From the NCBI GenBank assembly GCA_951406725.2, contig OX597816.1:29698001-29762000 (forward strand): a stretch of DNA of 64,000 nt, given 5' to 3'. Origin of the DNA: Octopus vulgaris (Eukaryota). Below the pieces are notes generated by a model that did no database searches, was not told the origin of the DNA, and was given only the letters and a program-made list of their open reading frames with translations. The stretch's first letter is position 1. Each line of letters begins with the position of its first letter. Below are positions 12,960 through 27,194 of this stretch, in pieces. The translations under genes were made by a program, and so were the position numbers.

Positions 12960-13680
12960 AGGTTGATGCCACCTAACAATGTCGTAGGACGTTGGACAGA
13001 TGGCCTAGAGAAATTGCTCGGTGTCTGTTTCAGCCCGGGTCTCCAAATAGACAGAAAATGGAGTGAGGTTACGAGTAGGGTCGCCAATCTCACCCAGAAA
13101 TGAGCCGAGAGGAATCTGTCTCTGAAAAGGGAGGGCGGAGGTAGCGAATGTGTTTATCGCATCCGTCATTACCTACCGCCTAACCGTCGTACCTTGCCCA
13201 GATTCATGTCTGGTCAAGCTGGAGCGCCTGCTTTTCCTGTTTTGTGGAGAGACAGAGGTCTATTGGTCAGACGCGCTGTTTGCTGTCAACTACCGCTAAA
13301 TAGAGGGCTGGGCATTTATCGACCCCGAAAGGATGAAAGGCAAAGTCGACCTCGGCGGAATTTGAACTCACAACGTAACGCAGACGAAATATCGCTAAGC
13401 ATTTCGCCCGGTGTGCTAACGTTCCTTCCAGCTCGCCGCCTTAACGTACTTGAACGTACTACCGTAGTCTCCTGCTTGAGAGCAGTGCTAGGCTGTGGCC
13501 TGTGAGGTTTCCACGTTCAACATTTCATCTTGTTGTCTCATCATTATGCCATGTCTAATTTTTATCTCGTTATTTCTTTTCGTTCTTCCATCTGCCCATT
13601 CAACACTGTTATAGACCCTAAATGTCCTTGTCTGTCCTGTATTGTCTCTCTGTGTCGGCCCTAGTGGCTAATAAAGAATT
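12960..13680 (+). mobile_element. Decayed L1/Tx1-like LINE fragment plus putative 3' tail, split by a SINE
   Basis: LTVVPCP..KLERLLF/LWRDRGLLVRRAVCCQLPLNRGLG resembles the L1/Tx1 post-RT 'FLW....R..C..P...GGLG' motif. The tail ends in AATAAAGAA. Confidence 0.6.
13314..13442 (-). mobile_element. SINE family A, 5' half
   Basis: Reverse complement of AAGGCGGCGAGCTGG...GTCGACTTTGCCTTTCATCC. Confidence 0.9.
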
Positions 13681-13705
13681 AAATTTCTTGCTCAACAATC
13701 ACACA

Positions 13706-13910
13706 GAGGTGCATGGCTTAGTGGTTAGAGTGTTGCACTCACGATTGCTAGATAGTGGTTTCGATTTCCAGTCCGGGCATTGCGTTGTGTTCTTGAGCAA
13801 AAAGCGTCCTTTCACGTTGTTCTGCGACATGGTGCACCTGTACAGATGATGTCGATTTGAAGGTGAAGTGAGTTTATGTGAACACGAACATTTGGTCACT
13901 ATAAACAAAA
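13706..13910 (+). mobile_element. tRNA-derived SINE family D
   Basis: A box TGGCTTAGTGG, B box GTTTCGATTTCC, followed by GTGTTCTTGAGCAA (V-domain-like). Confidence 0.75.
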
Positions 13911-13968
13911 TATATACATATATATACTCTTACACACACGCACACACATACATACACACACATGCGCG

Positions 13969-14010
<42 letters not shown>

Positions 14011-14029
14011 TGTGTGCATATATGAGTGA

Positions 14030-14311
14030 TCACCTTCGGTCATGAATGACTATGGAACTGCACCTACAAAGTTACCCTCCGAGGTACAAAGTCCAGGTAA
14101 GGTTGTTTATGGAAGACCAGTGGTCGTCCATGCATACCAGCCTCCGGTCTCCACGCCATCGACTTTATCCAAAGAAAAGGCAAAGAACGATACAGCTTGG
14201 CACCAGTGATATCGCAACTAATTTCTACGGCTGATTGAACTGAAGCAACGTGAAATAAAGTGTCTTGCTCAAGAACACAACACGCAGCCCGGTCTACTGA
14301 GCCATGCACCT
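14030..14311 (-). mobile_element. SINE family D, internally deleted head
   Basis: GGTGCATGGCTCAG...GTGTTCTTGAGCAAGACACTTTATTTCACGTTG shared with 13706 and 43295. Confidence 0.75.
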
Positions 14312-14387
14312 TTACATGTGCGTGTATATATACATATATATCTGTGTGTGTGTATACATATATATATGTATACATATATATATGTAT

Positions 14388-14619
14388 AAGGTGGCGAGCT
14401 GGCAGAATCGTTAGCACACCGGGCGAAATGCTTAGCGGTATTTCGTCTGTCGTTACGTTCTGAGTTCAAATTCCGCCAAGGTCGACTTTCCCTTTCATCC
14501 TTTCGGGGTCGATAAATAAAGTACCAGTTCGCACTGGTGTCGATGTAATCGACTTAATTCCTTTGTCTGTCCTTGTTTGTCTCCTCTATGTTTAGCCCCT
14601 TGTGGGTAGTAAAGAAATA
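14388..14619 (+). mobile_element. Full-length tRNA-derived SINE family A (Meta-domain-like core)
   Basis: A box TGGCAGAATCG, B box GAGTTCAAATTCC, core GGTCGACTTT.CCTTTCATCCTTTCGGGGTCGATAAA..AGTACC; many copies in the window. Confidence 0.92.
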
Positions 14620-15516
14620 TATATATATGTGAGTATACATATATATATATATATGTTAGTTAGTTGTGTGTGTGTGTGTGTGTGTGCGTGCGTGTGCATA
14701 CACACTCGATCCTACACATATACAGGATAGGTCTATTGTCCTTGTCAGTGCTGTACTCTATTCAATAGTTACTGCTCAGATTTTCCTTTAAAGATGTACT
14801 ATGTTGCAGAGTTAGGAAATGACAACTTCATAATTATCTGAATCAACAACTAATTCTTCCCATTGATATATATAATACATGCGGCTTCTATTTTCTTTGC
14901 TTTAATTAAGTTGCCGATGAAATTTTCAATGTTTGTCGGTTTCATTAAACGTTTTAAATCAATATCAATTTATACTTCAGTTTAAGTCAACAAGTCTGAC
15001 TTAGCATAACTCCTGCTAATAACAAGTTAAACAGATATTTTCGTTTTATACAAATTTATCTTCTATATATTGAAAATAATCTATTTAATTTTATTGCTGA
15101 TACTATTTTATTGCCGGTTGCTATTTTTAGCAAAAGTATATATATTTTTTTGTTTTTGTTCACAAAGAAAATATTCGTTCAGCTATTAAGTACTTGAACA
15201 GTATTTTTGTTGCTGTCGCTGATGCTTTGATGCATACGAACGTAGCACACAGCAACTAAAATAAGGTCGGCTTGTTTATTGATATGGAGCCAAAGCTAAA
15301 GATGCGCTATCACAAACCCCTGTCTTTTTTACAGCTGCTACAATAGACACCGTTTCTCGGGTCAAGCGGATCTTGCGTTTCACATCTCTCTCTCTCTCTC
15401 TCTCTGCAAATATCGTCACCACATCTCTCCAGAATATGAATTAAGCACTCCACACCATTTTCCTTCCCTCCAAAAGACCCTCCCTGCTAATTTATATGTT
15501 ATTATTGATTTGCAGT

Positions 15517-15925
15517 TACTCTTTACTCTTTTACTTGTTTCAGTCATTTGAGCGACCATGCTGGAGCACCGCCTTTAGTCGAGAAACTCGACCCCGGGAC
15601 TTATTCTTTGTAAGCCCAGTACTTATTCTATCGGTCTCTTTTGCCGAACCGCTAAGTGACGGGTACGTAAACACACCAGCATTGGTTGTCAAGCAATGCT
15701 AGGGGGACAAACACAGACACACAAACATACACACAAATACATATATATATATACATATATACGACGGGCTTCTTTCAGTTTCCGTCTACCAAATCCACTC
15801 ACAAGGCATTGGTCGGCCCGGGGCTATAGCAGAAGACACTCGCCCAAGATGCCACGCAGTGGGACTGAACCCGGAACCATGTGGTTAGTTAGCAAGCTAC
15901 TTACCACACAGCCACTCCTGCGCCT
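15517..15925 (-). mobile_element. Full-length SINE family B (tRNA head, CORE-like, internal (TA)n(TG)n)
   Basis: GGCGCAGGAGTGGCTGTGTGG...GGTTCAGTCCC...CTTGGGC..GT; matches 41551, 52073 and 60038. Confidence 0.92.
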
Positions 15926-16402
15926 ATTTGTTCAAGAAATGTATCAACCACATGATGTCATCCAGACTACATCATTAAAATTTATTTTTAAAAATATTAA
16001 AATAATATCAAATTCCATTATCAATGGAAGCAGCAACTTATTGTGATACTGTCTTTATTTATGTTTGATGGAATAAACCTTGCCTAAAATTTGATATGTT
16101 AGACATTCCGTAGTTTCTTCCAGTTATAACATAACTGATCACATTGTCAAAATTTATCAGTCCCCAGTTTGTCATATTAATAAAAATAACTGGGATCTTT
16201 GAAACATTATATTTATAGAATAAATTTTATACATGCTATATATCCTATTTCTGTCCACTTTAACGTTTCTCCTCTGAACTTTTAAAAATCATTTTCCATT
16301 TATTTTGAAAGATACGCTAGTTATCACACGTTGTTGGATTTATAAATCGGCTTGGTGATGACTTAATTATTGAATAAATGAGTATAATTATTACTGCTGT
16401 TT

Positions 16403-17635
16403 CGATGGCTGTTCATTAAAGATCTCCTCTTGCCCATTTCTGGTTATTGCAGGATATGGAACTTGTACAGGTATAATTATACATGTCAAATTGTAAATTG
16501 CACCTTTCAAATAGTATTCGTTTATCTTTACGGTTGCTGAAGTGGATTAAAGTGTTATGATGGTGGCATTTGAATGCAAATCAGTGATCAGGTTCTTATA
16601 CATGAAAGGTCGCACACCAAAAGCGATGAGATGAAAGATGTTTATGGTCACGATGCATCATCATACGCCGTAGACAAGCACTGGTACCACCAGTTCAAAT
16701 GTGGTCGGACATCAATGGAAACTGCTTCTATTCGTGGACGGCCACATTCCGTCAGTGAAAGCGACACCATCCATAAAGTGGAAGCCACCATTTTGGAGGA
16801 TCAAGAAGTGAAAATAAGTGTTGGATTCCAGAAAAGAATCATTGACGACCATCTGCATATACGGAAGTTGCTGTCTGCACGATGCATTCCCTGGATACTC
16901 ACACCTTTTCAGATGCAGGAACGAGTCAATTGCTTCCAGGTTCTTTTGGCAATGTGCCAAGAAAACAAGGAGGACTTTTTCGGCAGACTTATCATACAGA
17001 ATGAAACATGGCTCCGTTAACAATGACCTTGAGACTAAAGTCCAGTCGAAGCAATGGAGGTATATATTTCAACCTCCAAAGAATACTCGTGTCCAACCCA
17101 CAGCAGGCTAAGTGATGCTCAGTCTGTTGGGACCAATGCGGAGAAGTGATGACGGATTTTCTGGCAATGGGCACCACAATTATGTTTCACTGCTGCAGAA
17201 ATCACAGGATGCCATCAAAATAGAGAGCCGTGGCATGCTGATCAAAGGAGCCCATCTCCTCCAAGACAACAGCCAAGTTCACAATGCGCATGTTCTCCAG
17301 ATGAAAGCACCCTCCTGCGGCTATGAAACCCTTCTTCATCCACCTTACTCTCCCTACCTCGCACCATCTGACTTCCACCGCTTTCCAACCATGAAGTCTT
17401 TTTTGAAAGAGAAGCACTTTTCGGGTGATGAACTTATTTCCGAGGTAAATTCGTGGCTCTGGACGCAACCTACCAACTTCTGTAGACGAGGTCTTCAGAG
17501 CTGCATAAAGTGATGGAAGAAGTGTGTCACCACTGGTGGTGGCTAGGTAAAGAAGGACTAATAATTATGCCAAGTTTCGGCTATCGCAGTCCATGGGAAG
17601 TGGATGAGAGGAAATTTTAATGAACACCTCTCTTA
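16403..17635 (+). mobile_element. Decayed mariner (DD34D) transposon
   Basis: ARCIPWIL (WVPHEL-like), ETWL, LLQDNSQVH, HPPYSPYLAPSDF. Degenerate TIRs (TGTTCATTAAA..T.TCCTCT) at both ends. Frameshifted. Confidence 0.88.
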
Positions 17636-18449
17636 AGTACACAACCACATTTTCTAGGGGATCAGTGAAATCGATTAATTGTAACCTATTCGTAACTATC
17701 TTCATAGTTTCGAAATTGTTGAAAAGCAGAATAAATTGATCAAAACTAAATATTGCTCTCCATTTGCAAATTTGGTTAAGCGTACATCTGAGATATTGTA
17801 ATATTATGAAATTAAATGCAACTCTGATGTGTTTACCAAACAACGTGTATTCTTTCTATAAGCACAATATATGTGCTAACCTCGGCAACTTATATAGCGG
17901 ATACGCTGTCCCTTGACGTGTGAACTAATGAACTTGTCAAACATATCACAGAATTATGTCGTCTTTTGACTTAGCGTAAAACAATTTGTCTGCAACACTA
18001 AATATGTGTTAAACATACTAACAAGCCATAGCTAAGTAAATTTCATCTCATATATTGAACTATCAGATAAACATGAAACATTCCATTTTATTATGTTTCC
18101 TAGAACACAGTTATTTTCACTAAGTCACAGCATTACGGTTTGGTTTTGCAAACAGAGATTCATACAGCGAGTGGTCCATGTAGACGTTTGGTTTACTATT
18201 GGCTCACTGAGTCAATGCAGAATAATTAAATCCGAACGCAATGGCTGCAAAAACAAGGTATTTTGTTCAGGGTCCAGGTCTACTGTGTAACGGTTCCTCC
18301 TCAATTTTATTTTGTCTTCAAAGCCAGCCCTGTATTCATCCTCGAGGGGCAAGTCAGATGGGCTTCGTATATCTGCAAACTTCACCAGTGAGGATTATAG
18401 TTGACCTCTGCCAATGGCCAATGAGAAAGACACTAAGAAATATATTTAG

Positions 18450-20400
18450 AGTGACTAATAAGGCAGGTGATACAGAATGTATACATTTTAAAATCTTTTG
18501 TACTCATGGGATGCCTAGTGTTTCCAGGAATCTTCCATCAAACACTCCGATCTTGTCCATTCTTTTAAATATTTCCAACGTTCTTTACCTGCTTCCGTTC
18601 CATCTTTTTCCCCTAAAATAATTACTTAGTCTCATCTTCCTCTTTTGCTATCTACCATTATGTTGGAACATTTAGGACAAGGCGTGTACCTTGTCTATAG
18701 TTGATGAACATCACTATATATAGTGATGTGTAATGTCAGCCAGCTCTCACTGTGTGTTTCTTACATGATCTTCCCACTTGATTCCAAACATACTACACAA
18801 AGCGTTTTGTCACAAAGTCAATGGTAGTCTCCCAAAATAGTAGAAATATATCGCTTTCACCGGCGATATATTTACCTTGTATGTTGTATATATATTGTTT
18901 GCTCCTTCTCGAGTCACGCCTGGCTCATAAGGGCCTGTTTCTTTGGTGTATAGGTTCCCCACCTGGACGGGACGCCGGTCCATCGCAGGTGAGCTACAAG
19001 ATGCAGGAGGAAAGAGTAAGAGAAAGTTGTGGCGAAAGAGTCAGCAGAAGTTTAACCATTACCTTCTGCCGGAGCCGCGTGGAGCTTAGGTGTTTCGCTC
19101 ATAAACACACACATCGTCCGGTCTGAGATTCGAACCCGCGATCCCTCGACTGCGAGTCCGCTGCTCTAACCACTAGGTCATGTGCATCCACACCTTTTAT
19201 GTGCGTGTCGAGAAATAGTTGAATTTCCACGTAAGATTTAACATGCCCATTTCTTGCTTGACCTTTTAATTCTTCTCGCAAGCTCTAAACCAAAGTTTTA
19301 AAACCGCGGTTCTCAACTGAATAACATGATCAGTGACTTTTCTTCTGCACTGCGACTAGATGGATTGATATAGTTTATAATCTTCATTTTTCCCTTGGAA
19401 CATATTATGTGCAAACCAGTTTCTCTTAATTCTCATGTTAAGCTATGTGATATCCGTTGCATTTATTTGAGGCTTTGTTTCAACATAATCTAGATTAGCT
19501 GGCATCTACGACACATTACATAAATACTTCACAGCACAATTATCTCCATTGTATTTTAACTCACACACAAGAATTAGGGAGACAATATACACGATATTAG
19601 AGCACCAAAAACTACTTAAGAGTTCGTCTCCGGTTATCAAAAACAACGTTTCTTTTACGAATGTTTGGAATTATATTAATGTATTTCCGATATGTACCAC
19701 ATCTTATCATTAACTTGTGATATTCTATCAAAGCAAGCATGAAACGTAGCAAGACATAGTCTTAACAGAGACCTCACTTCATTCCTCTCTTGTGTAATAT
19801 GCTTTATTATATGCTCACCAGATATCTCAATTCTGAAACCTGATTATTCCTTCCTCAGAATGTTATCGACTCTGGGTTCATTTCTACTTAAGATCACACA
19901 GCAGAACAACTTCATGACCGCAGGGAGCAGTGTAATATCCCTTAAGTTCCAACACTCAGACACGTCTTTTTCACGTATTTTAATTACAATAGTTATATTT
20001 CAACCTCTGTTCTTTACATTCAATTTTAATTTAACAATATGTTAAGCTCAATTGTTATTGTTTCTCACTTCTTACCATCACGGTATAGTATTCCGTATAA
20101 ACAATTATTATTCTATAATTGTTTAATGGCATCTTTAATTTGGAGCTCTTTGTTATTCATGGTCATAGCAATAATTTATTTTGTTGACACTCAAAGCAAA
20201 CTTTGATTTCCTCATTCTTCTCGTATTCATTTCGGTTTCAGTTTAATGTGCAATGTCATTCAAGTGCCTTTTTACTTTGCTACTAAGGCTAGCGAAATTA
20301 AATTTTTACTTGATGTAATCTTTGATTGAAGATGCGGATTCAAATTTGAATCTTATCATCTTCCTTTTCTGTCATGTCTCATCTTTTGCGTAATCGTTTT
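18450..20400 (-). mobile_element. Highly decayed RTE-like LINE
   Basis: Minus-strand remnants ACFDRI, GALISCILSP and a C-terminal ..KEWT motif in RT order. Confidence 0.5.
18898..19191 (-). mobile_element. tRNA-Arg(TCG)-derived SINE family C, tail type 3
   Basis: Head GCAGCGGACTCGCAGTC..GGTTCGAATC; tail CCTGCGATGGACCGGCGTCCCGTCCAGG. Confidence 0.88.
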
Positions 20401-20465
20401 TTTTTTCCTCTGACTTCTTCATGTTCGCAATGTTACGGTTCCTGCTTCTTGTAGAGCTTCTTAAT

Positions 20466-20697
20466 TACCTATTTCTTTACTACCAACAAGGGGCTAAACA
20501 CAGAGAGGACAAGCAAGGACATACACAGGGATTAAGTCGATTATATCGACCCCAGTGCGTAACTGGTACTCATTTAATCGACCCCGAAAGGATGAAAGGC
20601 AAAGTCGACCTCGGCGGAATTTGAACTCAGAACGTTAAGACAGGCGAAATACCGCTAAGCATCTCGCCCAGCGTGCTAACGATTCTGCCAGCTCGCC
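20466..20697 (-). mobile_element. Full-length SINE family A
   Basis: Reverse complement matches 14388-14619. Confidence 0.92.
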
Positions 20698-20758
20698 TAC
20701 CATTGCACTCTAGATGCTCGTTCTCCCCATTTTACGTCTTTGATAATTAACGTCTGGT

Positions 20759-20975
20759 AAGGCTGCAAGCAGGTATAATCGTTAACACGCAGTTGAAAGC
20801 GCTTAGCGGCATTTCGCCCTTGTTTACGTTCATGTTTACATTCTGCCGAGATAGACTTTGCCTTTCATCTTTTGGAGGTCGACAACATAAGTACCAGCTG
20901 AGCACTGGGAGCAATGTACTCAACTTACCCTCTCACTCGCGATTGCTGGCTTTATGCCGAAATTTGAAACCAATA
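20759..20975 (+). mobile_element. SINE family A, decayed
   Basis: GCTTAGCGGCATTTCG...GACTTTGCCTTTCATC. Confidence 0.75.
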
Positions 20976-22589
20976 ATTAATATCTGTAGAATAACAAATA
21001 TATTTATCCATTCACACGAGAACTTTTCTTCTAAATTTTTAATTGTTTTCATTGTATCCGTACCAGACATTGTTTCGACATTGTAGTGACCATCATTCAT
21101 TTCGGCTAAATTTTTAACCTCTTTCTTTGTTGCGAGCGAAACACTTTGAAGTTTGCTATTTCGTTTTAGCAGTATTTGTTTTTATATATTGGAAATAGCA
21201 ATTTCTGGTACATGCGTGGATATATGATAAAAGAAACCCCTTCGCAACTAAATGGTTTGGGATTGTTCTTCTTGTGTGGTAGACATCTTAGGGTATAAGG
21301 GATTGTTTTTTTACTATAGACTCAAGTCAGGTAAAAGTGAGTAAATTTATGAGTAAATGTGATGAAGGGAAACTTCCTGTGGCAGAGACAGTTCCTATTC
21401 TTGGGTTGTAGAATTTATTCCATGCCTGGTACAACATCAACACTTATGCGTTGAGCAATTTTAGTGAAGATTACTCAAAAACAATTTTCGGATCATCTTT
21501 ACTCCTCTCTCTCTCGGTCTCTCGGTCTCTCTCACCAGCCTCGGAGGCTCTGAATTATCTCCTAGAAGTTTTCGATGCTGCTATGTTTAACTGATATAGA
21601 AGTTATATAGTTCCGTATGAGGAAACAAAGCACACTTGTGTAAATCTGATTCGAGCAGACAAAATCCTCTTAGTAATCAGTTGTCATTCACTAAGTTCTT
21701 TTCATCACTTAGTCATTAATAATACCATGGTGTAGCTCATTCGCCCTTAACAAACAAAACATTCCGTAAACCAGCCTTTTATTTTTCATCTTTCAATCTA
21801 AGTTTATCAAATCTGAATAATCACGATTTAGAAATAGCACAGGCTAATAAATTATATTTGTCAAAATCTGACGCAAGCTAATTTACTTTTTTCATTTTGA
21901 TATAAGGTACATAAATTTCGGTTTCATGGTTAAACTCTCGTCCGGGGTTATTAATACTTTATTGTTTGACGTGAGATTATTCGCGCCTTTTGTCTACGTT
22001 AAGTCTCTGCTGGACTGGCCATTTTTGTGTATAACAATACATCGAAATTTCTTAGGTGTTCAAATTTTTAAAATGTATAATATTCATTATATTAAAATTA
22101 ATTTATCCATAAATGAGCTCCCTGCTACATTCGTGATTAGCCCCTCCTTTAAGGAACCGAAAAAGATTCTACATAACTACGTGATCTGCTGGTATTATTA
22201 AATGAAATTCTCATAAATGAGACCCTATCATTTTAAAGTACAAGAAATGCCTTTTAATATTCACCATCTGGTTTGTCATGAGACACCTGACTTCATGATT
22301 TATCATATACAATCCTTTCAACACATCACCTAGATTTACTATAGACAACAATAGGACCTCTAAATGTTCATACGTGACGCTAGAAACAGCAACCAAGCCT
22401 TCCAAAATCTCATCGACCATTTTTAAAAGGTTAGACACTTTAGATAATTTAGTCACAGATGCACAATCTTGGGATTAACGGAGTCTAAATAAGAACAACG
22501 TCCTTCCTTATGGGATTATAATATCTGGAGTTCAGAAAGAAGTTTCAACATCTATAACAGTTTTGCTATAAACTACTATTAGTTTCGAG

Positions 22590-22785
22590 TTTTGGTACAA
22601 TGCCAGCTATTTCCGGAGAGGAGTAAGTTGATTAAGCGCTCACCTGGTATTCATTTTATCAACCCGAAAGATGAATTGTAAAGCTGTTTCCGATGGTATT
22701 TGAAATGAAAACTAAAATCGGAAGAAATGTCACTAAGTATTTTTTTTCCGGTGTGGTAATGATTCTGCTGGCTCAGCGCCTTTTG
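22590..22785 (-). mobile_element. SINE family A, decayed
   Basis: ACCCGAAAGATGAA...GATTCTGC degenerate match. Confidence 0.6.
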
Positions 22786-23564
22786 TTACGAACTTAAATT
22801 GATTGTCTGAAATGTCAGTGTTTAATTATAAAAAAGTATCACAAAAATGTAATTTCTTACTGAGCTTTCAATATAACATTTAATAATACATTATTTTCAA
22901 CTTTCTAAAAAAAAGCTGAGTTATTAATAAAATAGTTTAAAGATTCATTTTCACAATAAAACAGATAAAAAAAATAAGACTTATCAAATGATTAATCTTA
23001 TGTTCATAGGTGGTTGTAGCTCTTTTCATTATTTCGTCCAGATTGACTCTGATTAAGTAGATCTATGGAAGACCAAAGATATTTTAGTCATGGCCAGCTC
23101 ATTTTCAATAGAATATCCCGAACTATATTCTCTAATATAATTCTCTAGTCGCCATAATAGATCGTTAGCCACTACACACATTTTTTTCTCTCCTTGTTTT
23201 TTCTGTGTCCCTTTCTGTAGAAGAGCGTAGGCTGGAAACGTAAAAGACTTTTTTCTATTCCTGAGCGTTATACTAATACAACTGTTTGTTTTGTACACCA
23301 CCTGTCTTCGTCGTTTGTTGTTTTTTCGTAAACTCTCCCTATATATTCTCTAATATATCCTTTTTTTTTCACAAGACTGCTGAGTGTGACTTAGCCCTTT
23401 CCATATTTACACGCCTGAGATCGCCCCTTATTCTATCATATAAACTTCCTGTTTTAAAGGGATCTTAATTAAAACCTCCCATCAAAATGTGTTAATTTAT
23501 GTTCTAACATCAGCTTAATAATGACAAAATTATTTTACTAAATTCTTTACTATTTTAAAGACTA

Positions 23565-23957
23565 TTAGCAGTATCGCCCGGCGTTGCTCGGGTTTGTAAG
23601 GGAAATAATTATATAAGCATTTTTAGAGATGTAAAGTATAATAGCCATCTCAATATGGCTAACCACAAAGGGGGGTGTTACTGTAGCTTTTTACGTTCTG
23701 AGATTTAATAATACATTTTTAGAGAGTTACTTCCCTTATATAATAGCAAAAAAATGCATTAAAAATGGGAAAAAATTATGGTAATTTTTTTTTAATCGTA
23801 GACTCATCGTAGACACGCGCTAATACCCAGAAGGGCTCGATATGAATCACGACTATAAGATACCCGCTTCTGGTTACACTGCACCGCAAAATGTGGGAGT
23901 AGTTAGGAATCTAAATCGTAGGAGACAGACACACAACTTCACTTTTATATATAAAGA
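23565..23957 (-). mobile_element. Short non-autonomous Helitron
   Basis: Minus strand starts A|TCTTTATATATAAAAG and ends with hairpin CCCGAGCAACGCCGGG then CTAA|T. This gives TC...CTRR termini in an AT target with no TSD. Confidence 0.82.
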
Positions 23958-24223
23958 TTTGCAACAATAGAAGTGTATGTCTACGGAAAAGTGTTTATAA
24001 AAAGGCCAAGGGAAATTAGCTTGAATTGCTTGCATGTTGAGTGACAATATAGAGATTTCCACGTAACCATTTCGGTAGATTTAATAGTGTTGTTTCACTC
24101 ATCGTGATTAGCAAAAGATATTACTGTGTGCTGCATATACAATAGCTTAATTAGTGACAATAGGTTTATTTATAATTTACTAATCTTAAAATAGTGAGTC
24201 TTGTCCAGACAAACTTTAATGAA

Positions 24224-25440
24224 CTAAAATCTATCTAGGGTGGAAAGGACACGGTCGAGATATTTAGAGATCAGTTCCGTGGGGCAGTTACAGGCGGAGA
24301 CGATGGGGCGGCCTGGGTTGTTGGGTTTGTGGATTGGGGGAAGGAAGTAAATAGTGGGAGTGTGGGGAGTGCGGACAATGAGGATGGAGGCAGTAGGAGG
24401 GAGAGAGTTGGATGAGGAGATTAGGTCATAGATAGTAGAGGACACTATCCATGGAGTGGAGTTGGAGGGCAGAGGGTAGGAGAAGGATGTGTTCTGAAGT
24501 TGGCGGAGAGCTCCAGCCTTATAGTGGTCTGCGGCGCCACAACACCGCGGTTCCACCCTTGTCGGCTGATTTTATGATAATGTCTTTGCGGCATCGAAGA
24601 CATCGAAGGGCTGAGAGTTCGGCTGGAGAGATGTTCAGATGTCGGGGACGCCTGTGATGTTAAACCTGTCCACAAAACGTTGACAGATGCTCGCAAAATG
24701 ATCGACTTCTCGGAACTGGCCATGATCTGACGTCCAGTGTGATGGTCGGCTACCCAGGTCGGTGAAGCAGTCCTCTTCATTAGATGCAGGTGGAGTTTTG
24801 TGGAATAATGCTTATAGACCGACAGGGCGCACAAAGCTATGAATATCACCTAGGGTCTGAAATTCGTTACTGGATGGAATATGGGGGATGAAGCGCAGAC
24901 CCCTACTGAGAAGAGAGCGCTCCACCTCAGAGAGGGGAAGATCAGGATGAATGGTCACAACAGACTGAGATGTGGTGGGTGGATGGGTTAGATGTGGGAG
25001 GAGTGATAGGATAGTGGTAGGGGTAGTGGAAGGCTGGGAGGAGATGGAGTAAGTGGGGGGGGCGGAGGGGGCGGGGTGAGGATGAGGGGAAGCGTATCGG
25101 GGAGCGGTGGGGATAGTGGCATCGGATGTGACGGGATGGAGGCGTGAGTGGAAATTACGTTGTTTAGTGCGAGTGAGAAATTCAAGGAAGAAACGGATTT
25201 AAATGGATTATGTAACGTAAATTAGAGTGTGCATAGGAAGTTGAAAGAGAGGACAAAAAGATGGAATAAGCGAGAGGGAAAATGCAGTCGATGGTGTGTA
25301 TTTTGGAGAGATCGGAACGAATGGTGGCAGGGATAAGGTGGTAGGAGGTAGGTCGGAGTATGAGTAGGATGGCTGAGGCAGAGTGGAAAGTGAGGTGGAA
25401 CTAGAAGCTGAAACCTTTGGGGATGAGGCGGTGGTGAAGG
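24224..25440 (-). mobile_element. Penelope-like element, N-terminal and early RT fragment
   Basis: LSEVERSLLSRGLRFIP and IYFLPPIHKPNNPGRPIVSACNCPTELISKYLD are typical PLE motifs; frameshifted. Confidence 0.85.
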
Positions 25441-25452
25441 CATATATGTGTG

Positions 25453-25521
<69 letters not shown>

Positions 25522-26546
25522 ATGTGTGTGTGTGTGTGTGTGCATGTATGCGTATGTATGTATATATGTATATATTAGGATAGTATATTATCACCTCATA
25601 TTGAAAATACCGTATCAAATATATTTCTTCATTTATTCTACATTGAATTTTCTAGAGTGTAGAGCAATAGTAATGAATTACGTGACTTGCCAAACGACTG
25701 CAACTTTCAAATAAATACTTTCTAACATGGACATATCTTCGAATATTTTCATTCTCTACACATTTGTTTGCCTCTGTGTATAATCCTCAGAATTTTTACA
25801 CATCTGAATCGTGTAGATTTTTTTTTTTTTATGAATATACACTATAACAGCGCTTCGGAAGTAATTTTCATAGTAGGCTATAAATATATCTTTATATAGA
25901 ATCTATTCATTCCTTAATTCCATAGCTTCTCACGTTATATGTCATATATTATTATTGTCTTCACAAATAGCTATAGCTTCGCAATATGATATTTTCAACA
26001 TTTTCAAAATTTGTTGCTATGCGTTTATAACTGAAACCATTGTTTTGCTGCAAGCCTGAATATTATAGAACCATGTATATATGCAGTAAACATTAAGTAT
26101 TATTTTGCATACAGAAATCTTCCATAATTATGCCACAGCGCTTCTAAATTATTATGTCTATTTTTCATGTAAAAGAGCTAAGTGGATCTTATATCGGCTT
26201 TTAAAGAGTTGCCTAATAAACAAAAAATATATTTATGCGATATTAAATCAATACCACTGAAACATGATTATGGTATTATATATCACATAAATATACAATA
26301 TATTTCGAATGGAATCACTTTGAGATTTTGAAATTGGTTTTGAAAAGGATGCCAAAGCGTTCAAGAACATCCCGACGATTTGTAACGCATACCAAAGAGG
26401 AAAAATTGCTTCTCTATGATATACATATCATACCTAAAGTCCTTCCATATGTGTAGGCAGAAACATTAAGTAAAAGAAACATTTAACTTTTCTTTTTCCT
26501 ATAATGGGCATTAGACATCTTTCTTAGACTTTCATAGCATCATGAC

Positions 26547-26620
<74 letters not shown>

Positions 26621-27194
26621 CCTCGTGTGTCATGAATTACTGGTTGGAATGTGTTTGATCATTCATATATCTCATATATACGATTAAATCCAACAGCAGA
26701 ATATCTATATAGCGGCATGACTTCCTAAATGCAACTGCTACATATCCCTAAGATTTTACTAGGCAGTCCATGTATGTGTGTGTGCTTGTGTGTGTGTATG
26801 TGTGTGTATGTAAAGGTAACATTCAAGGATCAAGGTATAGGAATTTCATAAGCTTCGAGGAGTCCGTAGAAGGTATATAAAATATATTTCAGGGCCAATA
26901 GTGATTTATTGACGTAGAAGGTTGTAAATTTTTCCCAAGCTGCAAAAAGCTATTTTGTAGTTCATGGTTAGCAGCTTAGGTTGATGTGTATGCGATTAAA
27001 AATCTAAAATTAGGGAATGGCGGAGATTAAATCCAGGCTACAGGTTTCATAGTAACAAGAAAATCGGGAGCAGTAATTACCTAAACGAGGGGTAATCTGC
27101 TAGCTACTCGTCGGGACAAAAGTACTTTAATCAAATTAAGTTTACGTTGTCGTCAAGGGATTCCAAGTTAACTCACAGGAGATCCGATATCTAT

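Noticed and set aside
15320-15365. Possible micro-exon after TTTTTACAG
   Set aside because: Acceptor-like site without a good donor or other support
22211-22456. 81-aa ORF as a possible host exon
   Set aside because: No recognisable domain or convincing splice sites
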